A DNA stretch of 32,000 bases from an uncultured Chitinophagaceae bacterium (lineage in GTDB: Bacteria > Bacteroidota > Bacteroidia > Chitinophagales > Chitinophagaceae), in the NCBI GenBank assembly GCA_963845495.1, contig CAWJTH010000039.1:33676-65675 (forward strand), read 5' to 3'. Positions 19,591 through 28,017 of this stretch are shown here, piece after piece (the stretch's first letter is position 1; each line of letters starts with the position of its first letter). A program made the position numbers and the translations under genes. A model generated the notes under the pieces. The model saw only the letters and a list, made by a program, of their open reading frames with translations. It was not told the DNA's origin and did no database searches.

Positions 19591-21549
19591 ATGCTGATAA
19601 ACACGATGAACCGAAGAATTTTGATAAAAAGTGCTTACTTGTCTATTTTTCTATTGTTAACTTTTTTTTGTTCTGCACAAACCAAAGTGGTTGACAGTTT
19701 AAAAAAAACGATTCAATTAACAAGCAACAACAAAGAAAAATTGGAAGCGGTTTTTGCATTATGCGAAGCATCTGCCTCTCTTAGCATCGATACCTTTTAT
19801 TATTACGCCACCTTATCAAAACAATTGGCCGCAATGCAAAACGATCAATTGGCTGATGTAAAGGCCAATTTATATATTGGTAATGCGCTTTCTAAAAAAG
19901 GGATGAAAGACACCGTTGTACAATTGGTTGATGAAAATTTGACAAGGTTACAAACGCTAAAACAAGACAAGAGCTTACCCATCAAATTCATTATTTTAAA
20001 AGGTCGCACTTTATTGCGTGCCAATCAATTTAAAGAAGCGCTGGCCGATTTTTTTAAGGCGTTGCAGATTGCCGAAACAGTTGGCGACACGCTTTTAGAA
20101 GCGAGTGCTCTCACCCATATTGGCTGGGTAAATATGGAAATCGGCAATTTTAAAGAGGCCATCAATTGGTTTAAAAAAGCACAAAAAACAACAAATAATC
20201 CTTTGATAATGGATCAGTTTAGTGTGCTTTACGCTGATTTGGCGTCTTGTTACAGCAATATTGGAATGACTGATTCTGCACTTTATTATATAAAAAAATC
20301 AATTGATTTAGCTACAAAAAATGAAATACTAACGGCTTTGGCTAATGCGCTGAATATTGAAGCTTACACCTACATCAACCTAAAGCAATACGAGCTGTCA
20401 GAAACAGATTTTAAAGAGGCGCTGAACATCCGCAGAAAAATCGGTGATCCATTTTATATGGTTTCCGACATGGCTGAATTTGCCGGATTTTATGCCATTA
20501 TCGGCCAGCCAACAAAAGGGATTGCATTAGTTAAACAAGCCATTGACACTGCTAAAAAGTATAAATTGGAGGCAAAGCTGCCTCTATTGTATTATGCTTT
20601 GGGCGATAATTATAAAGCTGCTGGCGATTACATAAATTATAGTGCTGTTTTGGAAAAAATAATCTCTTTAAAAGATACATTATATCAAAAAAACTCGGCA
20701 GAAGTGTTAGCCGATTTACAGGCAAAATATGACGTGCAGAAAAAGGAAAACACTATTATCCAACAACAATTGGCCATTGCGCACAAAAACAATTGGATAA
20801 CAGGAAGTTTTGCCCTTTTGTGCATTACATTGGTAAGCGGCTATTTTATTTTTAAATACAGAAAGAAGAAACAATTGTTGGAAATACAACAATTGGAAAT
20901 AGAAGAAAAAAGGAAAACGATGCATGCCATAATTCATGCGGAAGAGAATGAGCGGCAACGCATTTCTTCTATTTTGCACGATAGCGTGGCACAAAAAATG
21001 GTGGTTACAAAACTTAATTTGGAGGCTTTTGAAGATGATTTTTCAGGCATGACGGCAGAGCAGCAAAAAACATACGAAAATATTTATAGCTTGGTAGACG
21101 AATCGTTTGCCGAGGTGCGAAATCTTAGTCATACGATGATGCCCAAAGAGTTTTACGAATCGGGATTGAAAGATGCGCTAAATAGTTTCGTGCAAAAAAT
21201 AGATCGCCGCAAATTAAATGTCAGTTTATATGCAGAAGGAAATTTTGAAGGCATTGATAAACATCTTGGTTTTATGATTTATCGAATTATTCAAGAATGT
21301 GTTCAAAATGCCATTAAGCATGCAAGGGCTACGCAACTATCAATTGATTTACAATCGATTAACAGCAGTATAACGGTTGAAATAAAAGACAACGGTATTG
21401 GTTTTGACACAGAAAAAGCCGGCAACGGCGATAACATCGGCATTAAAACCATGCAGTCGAGAATAGATTATTTGAAAGGCGAAATAACCATTGAAAGCAA
21501 GCCCGGCAATGGAACAATTGTTCGGTTTAAAGTGCCGGTGGCAAGCTAA
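19591..21549 (+). CDS. TPR-repeat sensor histidine kinase (HisKA_3 / NarL-partner type)
   Basis: 652 aa. It has a signal/anchor (likely start at ATG 19606, MNRRILIKSAYLSIFLLL), TPR-like repeats and a TM helix (WITGSFALLCITLVSGYFIF). The H-box is ERQRISSILHDSVAQ, and the ATPase N, G1 and G2 boxes are NAIKHA, DNGIGF and GIKTMQ...GNGT. Confidence 0.85.
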   Translation: MLINTMNRRILIKSAYLSIFLLLTFFCSAQTKVVDSLKKTIQLTSNNKEKLEAVFALCEASASLSIDTFYYYATLSKQLAAMQNDQLADVKANLYIGNALSKKGMKDTVVQLVDENLTRLQTLKQDKSLPIKFIILKGRTLLRANQFKEALADFFKALQIAETVGDTLLEASALTHIGWVNMEIGNFKEAINWFKKAQKTTNNPLIMDQFSVLYADLASCYSNIGMTDSALYYIKKSIDLATKNEILTALANALNIEAYTYINLKQYELSETDFKEALNIRRKIGDPFYMVSDMAEFAGFYAIIGQPTKGIALVKQAIDTAKKYKLEAKLPLLYYALGDNYKAAGDYINYSAVLEKIISLKDTLYQKNSAEVLADLQAKYDVQKKENTIIQQQLAIAHKNNWITGSFALLCITLVSGYFIFKYRKKKQLLEIQQLEIEEKRKTMHAIIHAEENERQRISSILHDSVAQKMVVTKLNLEAFEDDFSGMTAEQQKTYENIYSLVDESFAEVRNLSHTMMPKEFYESGLKDALNSFVQKIDRRKLNVSLYAEGNFEGIDKHLGFMIYRIIQECVQNAIKHARATQLSIDLQSINSSITVEIKDNGIGFDTEKAGNGDNIGIKTMQSRIDYLKGEITIESKPGNGTIVRFKVPVAS

Positions 21550-21587
21550 AAAAACAAAATCAGGATGCCTGTATAATTTCTTCCGCC

Positions 21588-21620
21588 AAAAAAAATAAAA
21601 CCCGGCGTAGAAACGCCAGG
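21588..21620 (-). terminator. Terminator between the convergent histidine kinase and GH19 genes
   Basis: The hairpin is cccggcgt-agaa-acgccagg (21601-21620, one mismatch). On the minus strand it is followed by ttttatttttttt. Confidence 0.6.
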
Positions 21621-21669
21621 CTTTCCAAAACTAACTGCTTATAAGAAAATCATTGAAAAAATAAAAGAG

Positions 21670-22293
21670 TTACGGGCAAAACTTTAAAACCTTTGCATAG
21701 TACGCCTTTCTAGAATCCAATCCTATCAATCCGCCGTTTATGGCTCTTGTCACCTTAGAAATATCAAGGTTGCCAACCATTTTTTTGTCAACTGCATATT
21801 CCCAACATGCAGATTTCAATGCAACATCATCTGTCAATAATAATTCTGGATGTCCAATTAGGTCAACAGAAATGCCTGTGCCGCACTTTTGATAGCTTTC
21901 CCTGCCAGTTAACTGCAGCCATCCTCTACCACGAAAATTATAGCCATCGCCGCTTGCAAAATCGCCATTGCCCATACGGTTGGCATATACGGTATTGCCT
22001 AGTTTGGCAGGGTTGTTTGCATAATCCGAAGCCTTCAATTTACCCTTGTCGCCCAGCGCATTAAACCTGGATGGCCAAACACTTATTATGCGGGCAGGCG
22101 TGGTGTACGTCATGTTCTCGGCCTTGTTTACAAATTCGCTCGATTCGTGTAAAACCTGTGCTACAAACATTTTAAATGTTGCACCGGTTACATTGAACGT
22201 TGGACAAACTTGGTTTAGCAAATCCGCAATTAAAGCACTGCGGCTAGCCGATAATGTTGTGCCACAAAGGCGTAACTGGCTACCGGTTATCAT
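21670..22293 (-). CDS. Glycoside hydrolase family 19-like protein (chitinase / phage-type muramidase class)
   Basis: 207 aa. QVLHESSEF, YANRMGNG...GDGYNFRGRGWLQLTGRESY and INGGLIGLDSRKAYY match, from memory, the conserved blocks of the COG3179-type GH19 lysozyme-like family. No signal peptide is obvious. Confidence 0.75.
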   Translation of the reverse strand: MITGSQLRLCGTTLSASRSALIADLLNQVCPTFNVTGATFKMFVAQVLHESSEFVNKAENMTYTTPARIISVWPSRFNALGDKGKLKASDYANNPAKLGNTVYANRMGNGDFASGDGYNFRGRGWLQLTGRESYQKCGTGISVDLIGHPELLLTDDVALKSACWEYAVDKKMVGNLDISKVTRAINGGLIGLDSRKAYYAKVLKFCP

Positions 22294-22478
22294 TTTAGGG
22301 TATTTTTAGGATATTGGATTATTATGGTTAAAGTTAATTCGTATTTACACAATATTGAATTACAGTTGGCAAAACATTGCTTTGAATTAGTATTTCTGGG
22401 ATGATTCTCTTTTTTCTGAGAAATATCGATACAACGGCACAATATTTTTCTATTATATAATCTATCAATAATAATTAC

Positions 22479-22673
22479 ATGGAAAAGCGAGTACTGGGTA
22501 TCATCTTAACAATTTTAGGAATAGTGGGTATCATTTATGCCGGCGTTTCGTTTATGAACGGCGGTTCGGGAAGTAAGTACATAAAAGCAATCATATTTGC
22601 AGGTATTGTAGGGGCTATCTTTTTTTCGGCTGGCATAAGCTTGGTAAGAAATACAAAGGATAGGGCGTCCTGA
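22479..22673 (+). CDS. Small membrane protein (two predicted TM helices)
   Basis: 64 aa: MEKRVLGIILTILGIVGIIYAGVSF...IKAIIFAGIVGAIFFSAGISLV. This is two hydrophobic helices with a short polar loop. Confidence 0.55.
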   Translation: MEKRVLGIILTILGIVGIIYAGVSFMNGGSGSKYIKAIIFAGIVGAIFFSAGISLVRNTKDRAS

Positions 22674-22844
22674 TTGATCATAGCAGGGAAAAACGTTAAT
22701 AAAAGCAGGAATATTTTTTGGCATCTATAAGCCGAAAATAGCTTTTCAAATTGGCCAAAAAGTTATTAAAATGCATTGTAATATCAATACGGATATAGAA
22801 ATTGCAAATAACAATATTTAAACTGATAGCTATTATTCGAAACT

Positions 22845-22882
22845 AAAAACCGTAATCAAAATTTAAATTGATTACGGTTTTT
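22845..22882 (-). terminator. Terminator hairpin immediately downstream of tRNA-Ser
   Basis: aaaaaccgtaatc (22845-22857) pairs with gattacggttttt (22870-22882), a 13-bp stem whose A/T ends allow it to act in both directions. Confidence 0.7.
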
Positions 22883-22883
22883 A

Positions 22884-22972
<89 letters not shown>

Positions 22973-23151
22973 GCTGCGAATGTAAGGAGGCAGAACTTTC
23001 TACCCAAAAAAATTGAGAACATAAAATAAAAATGATTAAAAAAAATACTGTAAACCAGTACCAGCAAGGGCTTTAGCTATTTAAAGTTTTAATTTTTTTT
23101 AGAATGGCCATTTGATTTTATAACGCAGATTTGCTTTTCCCGAATTTTTTT

Positions 23152-23211
23152 AAATAAAGAACATCCCTTTTATGAATGCTGTAGCATTCATAAAAGGGAT
23201 GTTCTTTATTT
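23152..23211. repeat. Perfect 29-bp inverted repeat (60-bp palindrome), probably a terminator for the gene at 23232-23573
   Basis: aaataaagaacatcccttttatgaatgct (23152-23180) is the exact reverse complement of 23183-23211, with a 2-nt centre. It lies 20 nt downstream of the stop codon of the minus-strand ORF. Confidence 0.7.
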
Positions 23212-23231
23212 TGATAATACCAAAATTTAGA

Positions 23232-23573
23232 TCAATTCACCACTATTCGTGGATTAACACGTAAAATCAAACAGTGTTTCAATATTAAATCTAATGCCCG
23301 CCGAGTTAAAAACCAATCGACATAAGTTGCAGTCGCATCTTCATTAACTACAAATATTTTTTTAAAATGATGCCTTACATTTATACCTGCTGCATTAAAA
23401 AGTTCCATCGCTTTTTTTACTGCTATAAACAAATTATTTCTCGGAATACCTTGATTACGAAGCAAAAATTGCATGGAATAGGCGTTGGTGAACTGAGGAC
23501 CTACACTTTGCATCTCATCCTCAACTTTACCGTCAGTTAAATTTGTTGAATGATCAAAATGAATTGCTTGCAT
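23232..23573 (-). CDS. Hypothetical protein with weak DinD / Bro-N-like (phage antirepressor N-terminal) pattern
   Basis: 113 aa. The segment FIAVKKAMELFNAAGINVRHHFKKIFVV...YVDWFLTRRALDLIL resembles, from memory, the HF..I...D..LSRYA block of DinD/Bro-N proteins. The functional call is weak. Confidence 0.5.
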   Translation of the reverse strand: MQAIHFDHSTNLTDGKVEDEMQSVGPQFTNAYSMQFLLRNQGIPRNNLFIAVKKAMELFNAAGINVRHHFKKIFVVNEDATATYVDWFLTRRALDLILKHCLILRVNPRIVVN

Positions 23574-23674
23574 TGGTAAGGATTTATGGCGATATTAGAA
23601 TTCAATCATTAGGAGTGTTTTTGCTGAAAAAATCGTGCCAAATCAGCAAAAAAGCGTCTGTTGGATAAAGTATT

Positions 23675-24103
23675 TTGTTATTGAAAACGACATTCTTTAT
23701 AATGTATTTCAATACCTTGTGTTTCAATTTTAAAGCTATGAAAGTTTATTTAACAGCATTGTTAATTGTGATTATTGGAAAATCGGCAATAGCCCAAACC
23801 GATTCTTTAAAATCTAACACCACCATACACATTTGCGCACCAAGCAAACACCAGGTATTAAATCCACCTCTAGTTATGGTTATGTCGCATAGCAAAACTT
23901 TTATTATCGCAGATTCAAACTTAAACATAATTAACCCGAGCTGGATAAAAACAATAAATGTTTTAAAAGGCGATAATGCCATAAAAAATTATGGTGAAGC
24001 TGGCAAAAACGGTGTTATTGAAATTACGATAAACGATGAAAAATATCCTGATGCTTATCAATCAATTCAAAAAGATGACATAAAAAATAGCAATCAACCT
24101 TAA
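23675..24103 (+). CDS. Small secreted protein with a TonB-dependent-receptor plug-like motif
   Basis: The likely start is ATG 23738, giving the signal peptide MKVYLTALLIVIIGKSAIAQ. The C-terminal IKTINVLKGDNAIKNYGEAGKNGVIEITI resembles the VLKG..A...YG..A.NGVI.I motif found at TBDR N-termini. Confidence 0.6.
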   Translation: MLLKTTFFIMYFNTLCFNFKAMKVYLTALLIVIIGKSAIAQTDSLKSNTTIHICAPSKHQVLNPPLVMVMSHSKTFIIADSNLNIINPSWIKTINVLKGDNAIKNYGEAGKNGVIEITINDEKYPDAYQSIQKDDIKNSNQP

Positions 24104-24138
24104 TTGGCTGATTGCTATCATAACAAATATTTATAAAA

Positions 24139-25254
24139 TTAAGACAAAAAGTTTTCTTCAATATACTGCGCTACTTTTTTCAAATCGCCGGTTTCTTTGA
24201 ATACGGCTAATTGACGGTCGGCGCCAGTGCCTTGTTCCAACATACGGCGCACATAATTTACGGCATGGCGGCTACCAAGATGGTCCACCACATCATCAAC
24301 AAAATCAAGTAATTCGTAAATCAATAATCTGGTATTCACCTCAGCTTCTTTACCAAAATCTATCATTCGGCTATCAATTCCATAGCGACTAGCCCTAAAT
24401 TTATTTTCCATGACCAACGCTTTGGGGTAAATCATATAATTTAAATTTTGCATCCGCAGCTTATACAGCTTGGCACAAATAGCTTGGAATAATGCAGCAA
24501 TGGTAATGGTTTCATCAAGCGTCATCGGTACATCGCAAATCCTAAATTCAACCGTATCAAAAAATGGGTGTACCCTTAAATCCCACCAAATTTTCTTTGC
24601 ATTATCTATACAACCGGTTTTAATTAACAAATTTACGTAACGGTCGTAGCTTTCAATATTATCGAACCGCTCGGGCAAGCCCGTACGGGGAAATTTATCG
24701 AACACCTTGCTCCTGAACGATTTATACCCAGTTTGCCTTCCTTCCCAAAACGGGCTATTGGTACTTAGCGCATACACATGTGGCAAAAAATACATGGCAC
24801 TATTGGCAATATGCATCGCCATATCGCGGTTTTCCATACCCACATGCACGTGCAAACCAAAAATAAGATTGCTTCTGGCAGCCTCTTGCAATTCGTTTAC
24901 CAGTTCGTTGTAGCGAACATGGTCGGTAATCAATTGGCTTTCCCAGTGACTAAAAGGGTGTGTTCCCGCGGCGCCCATTGTTAGGCCAAGATCGCCGGCA
25001 ATTGTTTTTATGGTCCTACGCAGGTCGGCCACATCTTTATATGCTTCTTCAATATTGGCACAAATATCTGTGCCCACTTCCACTACAGCTTGGTGCATTT
25101 CGGCCTTTACCTTGTCTTTTATAATTTTTTGCCCTTCGGAAACAATGCGTTGTTCATGGCTTTTAAGTTCCAAAGTATCAGGATCCATTACCATGTATTC
25201 TTCTTCAATCCCAATAGTAAAACGGCTATAATTAATGTTTGACATAAAATACAA
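24139..25254 (-). CDS. Carboxylate-amine ligase, YbdK / glutamate-cysteine ligase family 2 (GCS2)
   Basis: 371 aa. FTIGIEEEYMV near the N-terminus, GLHVHVG, NSPFWEG and WDLRVHPFFDTVEFRICD are characteristic GCS2 blocks. Confidence 0.85.
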   Translation of the reverse strand: MYFMSNINYSRFTIGIEEEYMVMDPDTLELKSHEQRIVSEGQKIIKDKVKAEMHQAVVEVGTDICANIEEAYKDVADLRRTIKTIAGDLGLTMGAAGTHPFSHWESQLITDHVRYNELVNELQEAARSNLIFGLHVHVGMENRDMAMHIANSAMYFLPHVYALSTNSPFWEGRQTGYKSFRSKVFDKFPRTGLPERFDNIESYDRYVNLLIKTGCIDNAKKIWWDLRVHPFFDTVEFRICDVPMTLDETITIAALFQAICAKLYKLRMQNLNYMIYPKALVMENKFRASRYGIDSRMIDFGKEAEVNTRLLIYELLDFVDDVVDHLGSRHAVNYVRRMLEQGTGADRQLAVFKETGDLKKVAQYIEENFLS

Positions 25255-25256
25255 AT

Positions 25257-25372
25257 GTGCTGATGTGCTAATTAGCTAACTAGCTAATGCACGAATTGTT
25301 ATTAATTTATTTTAAATCAATTTAAGTTTACTTTCAGGTCACATCAGCAAATTAGCACATCAGCTAATTAGC
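25257..25372. repeat. Periodic inverted-arm element C between the ATP-grasp and GCS2 genes
   Basis: The left arm is gtgctgatgtgctaattagctaactagctaatgcac (25257-25292). The right arm is gtcacatcagcaaattagcacatcagctaattagc (25338-25372). gctgatgtgctaatt (25259-25273) pairs perfectly with aattagcacatcagc (25351-25365). An alternative 11-bp register (gctaattagct) also pairs. Confidence 0.6.
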
Positions 25373-25375
25373 TTA

Positions 25376-26329
25376 TTAATAAAGCTTTTCTTTCGCACTT
25401 CCGCGTTTAATATATTTTCCCCAAGTCAAATTATCTTGTCCATCCACTTGCTCGTTGGCACGTTCTATCGCATATTTCGCCACGGTTTCTACCACCCAAT
25501 CAAAATTTTCTTGACCTACGCTTTTGATATCAGCATCGGGCGCAGGGTTGCAAAAATCAATTGCATATGGAACTCCATCGCGTAGCGCCAATTCCACCGT
25601 GTTAAAATCGTAGCCCAAATAATGGTTGATCCGGAGGACAATCTCTTCCATTTCTTTTAATTTTTCTGGTGATGGCTTAAAATCGGCCACATAACGCAAA
25701 TGGTGTGGATTGCGTGGCTCATAACTCATGATGCGAACATATTTTCCGCCCACGCAATAGCAGCGGTAATATTCTTCAAATTTAATTTCTTCTTGTAACA
25801 TCATTACCAATTGACCAGTTTCAGCGTGTTTTTCAAAAAATTCTTCCATGCTGTTTAATTGGTACACATTTTTCCATCCGCCTCCGGCGAAAGGTTTCAT
25901 GTAAGCAGGAAAACCGATGTATTTAAAAATACCGTCCCAATCGAGCGGGTAAGCTAAATTGCTAAAACTGTCATTGCTGGTATCGTCGGGCAAAGCATAC
26001 GATGGCAAGATGACCGTTTTGGGAACCGGCACATCAATTTTTGTTGCCAAGCAATTATTGAAAAATTTCTCATCGGCACTCCACCAAAACGGGTTGTTGA
26101 TAACCGCCGTTCCACAAAGCGCCGCATTTTTTAAATAAGCCCTGTAAAAAGGAACATCTTGCGAAATCCTATCGAAAATAACGGCATAACCACTTGGTTC
26201 TCCTTGCATCACCTTGTCTATTTTCACAGGCTCAGCAACAATATCGCTTAAATTTTTACTATTAATTTTTGCAACCAATGCCTCTGGGAAAGATCTTTCT
26301 TTGCCAAACATGATGCCTATTTTTTTCAT
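25376..26329 (-). CDS. ATP-grasp domain protein (RimK / glutathione-synthetase-like fold)
   Basis: 317 aa, with the overall ATP-grasp layout: N-terminal Rossmann-like part MKKIGIMFG, central FPAYMKPFAGGGWKNVY and C-terminal FNTVELALRDGVPYAIDFCNPAPD. It is co-directional with the GCS2 gene and immediately upstream of it. Confidence 0.75.
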   Translation of the reverse strand: MKKIGIMFGKERSFPEALVAKINSKNLSDIVAEPVKIDKVMQGEPSGYAVIFDRISQDVPFYRAYLKNAALCGTAVINNPFWWSADEKFFNNCLATKIDVPVPKTVILPSYALPDDTSNDSFSNLAYPLDWDGIFKYIGFPAYMKPFAGGGWKNVYQLNSMEEFFEKHAETGQLVMMLQEEIKFEEYYRCYCVGGKYVRIMSYEPRNPHHLRYVADFKPSPEKLKEMEEIVLRINHYLGYDFNTVELALRDGVPYAIDFCNPAPDADIKSVGQENFDWVVETVAKYAIERANEQVDGQDNLTWGKYIKRGSAKEKLY

Positions 26330-26361
26330 ATAGCTATTTTTAAAATTAAAAATGTGCTGAC

Positions 26362-26369
26362 CAAATATA
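26362..26369 (-). promoter_or_regulatory. Candidate -7 promoter box (TATATTTG on the minus strand) upstream of the ATP-grasp gene
   Basis: The plus strand reads caaatata, about 33 nt upstream of the ATG at 26329. This is the same octamer as upstream of gyrB and mfd. Motif match only. Confidence 0.35.
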
Positions 26370-26518
26370 TTCAGATGGATTTAGATTATCAAAAAAGAAA
26401 ATTAAACAATAAAACCATACCACATAATTATTTTCATCAGTCAAATAAAATCTTTCTTTTAATAAAGATGTCAATTTTAATTATAAATAGATAACTTGAT
26501 TTTACCTATTTATTGCAT

Positions 26519-26545
26519 AAAAAAACCGATACAATAATGTATCGG
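26519..26545 (-). terminator. Rho-independent terminator of the Q/N-rich protein gene
   Basis: ccgataca (26526-26533) pairs with tgtatcgg (26538-26545) around a 4-nt loop. On the minus strand the hairpin is followed by ttttttt. Confidence 0.75.
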
Positions 26546-26561
26546 CTTTAATAATTGAGGT

Positions 26562-27026
26562 TTATTTAGTAGCAATAATTTCCGTGTTGATCGTAATAAC
26601 CATGACCGTGGTATTGGTCGCGGTGAAAATCACGCCTGTACTGCATTTGATGATATACCGGTGCATACCTGCGGTTATATTCTTCTTGCTCGGGTGTTCT
26701 GTACCCTTGCCTTTGTGGCGCTTGGTTATAGGCAAATTCTCTACCTTGGTTATTGTAAGGTTGGGTTTGTGCGTAACCGCTGTTACCATGTTGAGCAGGT
26801 TGTGAATGGCCGTTATAACCGCTTTGATTAGATTGGTTGTAACCGCTGTTTGGTTGTTGTGTTGTTGTTGATTTTGGGCGTATTGACTATTAGTATTTTG
26901 TTGATAACCACTTTGTTGTGTAGTAGTGGTTTGATTTCTTTTTTGCGAATTATAGTTACCATTTTGCGCAAAAGTAATTACAGAAAATAAAGCGATAGCG
27001 CTTGTAAAAAGTAGACGTTTCATCAT
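26562..27026 (-). CDS. Secreted low-complexity Q/N/S/G/Y-rich protein; the reading frame is uncertain after about codon 58
   Basis: The signal peptide is MMKRLLFTSAIALFSVITFAQ, followed by NGNYNSQKRNQTTTTQQSGYQQNTNSQYAQNQQQHNNQ. After that, a second frame (open 26566-26886) encodes a compositionally matching continuation: NSGYNQSNQSGYNGHSQPAQHGNSGYAQTQPYNNQ... Confidence 0.6.
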   Translation of the reverse strand: MMKRLLFTSAIALFSVITFAQNGNYNSQKRNQTTTTQQSGYQQNTNSQYAQNQQQHNNQTAVTTNLIKAVITAIHNLLNMVTAVTHKPNLTITKVENLPITKRHKGKGTEHPSKKNITAGMHRYIIKCSTGVIFTATNTTVMVITINTEIIATK

Positions 27027-27242
27027 AATTGTTTTAAATTGTTTTTTAAAAAATCAACCCTTTTTGTTTTTTAAAGGCGTTGTATAAATAAGATGTTCGC
27101 TGGTTTCAATAGTTAATTTCAGCATCGTTAATGCTTTGCCAACAAATATTTTGGCAGATAAATGAGTTTAAAAATATCTTCCGCATATTTTCGACATTTG
27201 TAACCTACCAACAAAAACTTGTTGAACTTATAAACTTTAAAA

Positions 27243-27482
27243 ATGGAATCTGAAATTCAAAAAAACAACCCCTTGCATGGCGTTACGCTGGAAACTATTG
27301 TAACCAAATTAGCGGAGGCGTATGGTTGGGAAAAGTTGGGCCAAGAAATAAACATCAAGTGTTTTACCAGCAATCCATCTACCCAATCCAGTTTAAAATT
27401 TTTGCGGAAAACGCCTTGGGCAAGGGCAAAAGTAGAAAGCCTTTATTTATATGCCAAACGGAAAAAAATTATTACAGATTGA
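27243..27482 (+). CDS. VF530-family (DUF2132) small DNA-binding protein
   Basis: 79 aa. From memory, NPLHGVTLETIVTKLAEAYGWEKLGQEINIKCFTSNPSTQSSLKFLRKTPWARAKVESLYL matches the conserved DUF2132 core almost block for block. Confidence 0.8.
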   Translation: MESEIQKNNPLHGVTLETIVTKLAEAYGWEKLGQEINIKCFTSNPSTQSSLKFLRKTPWARAKVESLYLYAKRKKIITD

Positions 27483-27491
27483 TTTTATGCG

Positions 27492-28010
27492 TCAGTCAAT
27501 ATCATTTTCGAAACGTAAGCCATTTCGTTGCCAAGTTCTATTTCGCAACAAATAACCAATTATCTCGCCCACACATTTTGTTAGGTTTTGCTTTATTTCG
27601 AAATCCCAAAAACGAAATACAGTAAAACCCAAAGCTTTTAAATGCTCATTTACTTGTTCGTCGCGTTGCATGTTGCGTTCAATTTTTGGAACCCAAAAAT
27701 CACGGTTGGTTTTTATTTTGTCTTTTTTCGCAAGCCAATCGTAGCCATGCCAAAATTCACCATCAATAAAAACGGCTAATTTATATTTTTTAATAGCAAC
27801 ATCAGGATTTCCGGGAATGCCCTTGGAATGATTTCTAAAGCGGATGCCCTGCGTATGCAACGCCTTACGGAACATCGTTTCGGGCTTTGTGTTTTTAGCC
27901 CTAATCTTAGACATTTGTTTACTTTTCTCCGTAGTAGTATAGAAACCTGCCGCTTCTTCAAACTTGGGCACTTTAATATTTTCTGAAGAAGGATATAGCT
28001 TCGGTTTCAT
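27492..28010 (-). CDS. vsr: Very short patch repair endonuclease Vsr
   Basis: 172 aa. SKQMSKIRAKNTKPE, FRKALHTQGIRFR, IPGNPDVAI...KLAVFIDGEFWHGYDW, NMQRDEQVNEHLKALGFTVFRFWDFEI are the canonical Vsr blocks. Confidence 0.85.
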   Translation of the reverse strand: MKPKLYPSSENIKVPKFEEAAGFYTTTEKSKQMSKIRAKNTKPETMFRKALHTQGIRFRNHSKGIPGNPDVAIKKYKLAVFIDGEFWHGYDWLAKKDKIKTNRDFWVPKIERNMQRDEQVNEHLKALGFTVFRFWDFEIKQNLTKCVGEIIGYLLRNRTWQRNGLRFENDID

Positions 28011-28017
28011 GTAAATA

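Noticed and set aside
19283-19597. 104-aa ORF spanning the fbaB start and the upstream spacer
   Set aside because: It overlaps the fbaB N-terminus on the other strand and continues through AT-rich promoter DNA, so it is unlikely to be coding.
27326-27625. 99-aa plus-strand ORF overlapping the VF530-family gene and vsr
   Set aside because: It overlaps two genes with clear family signatures, and its sequence has no recognisable features.
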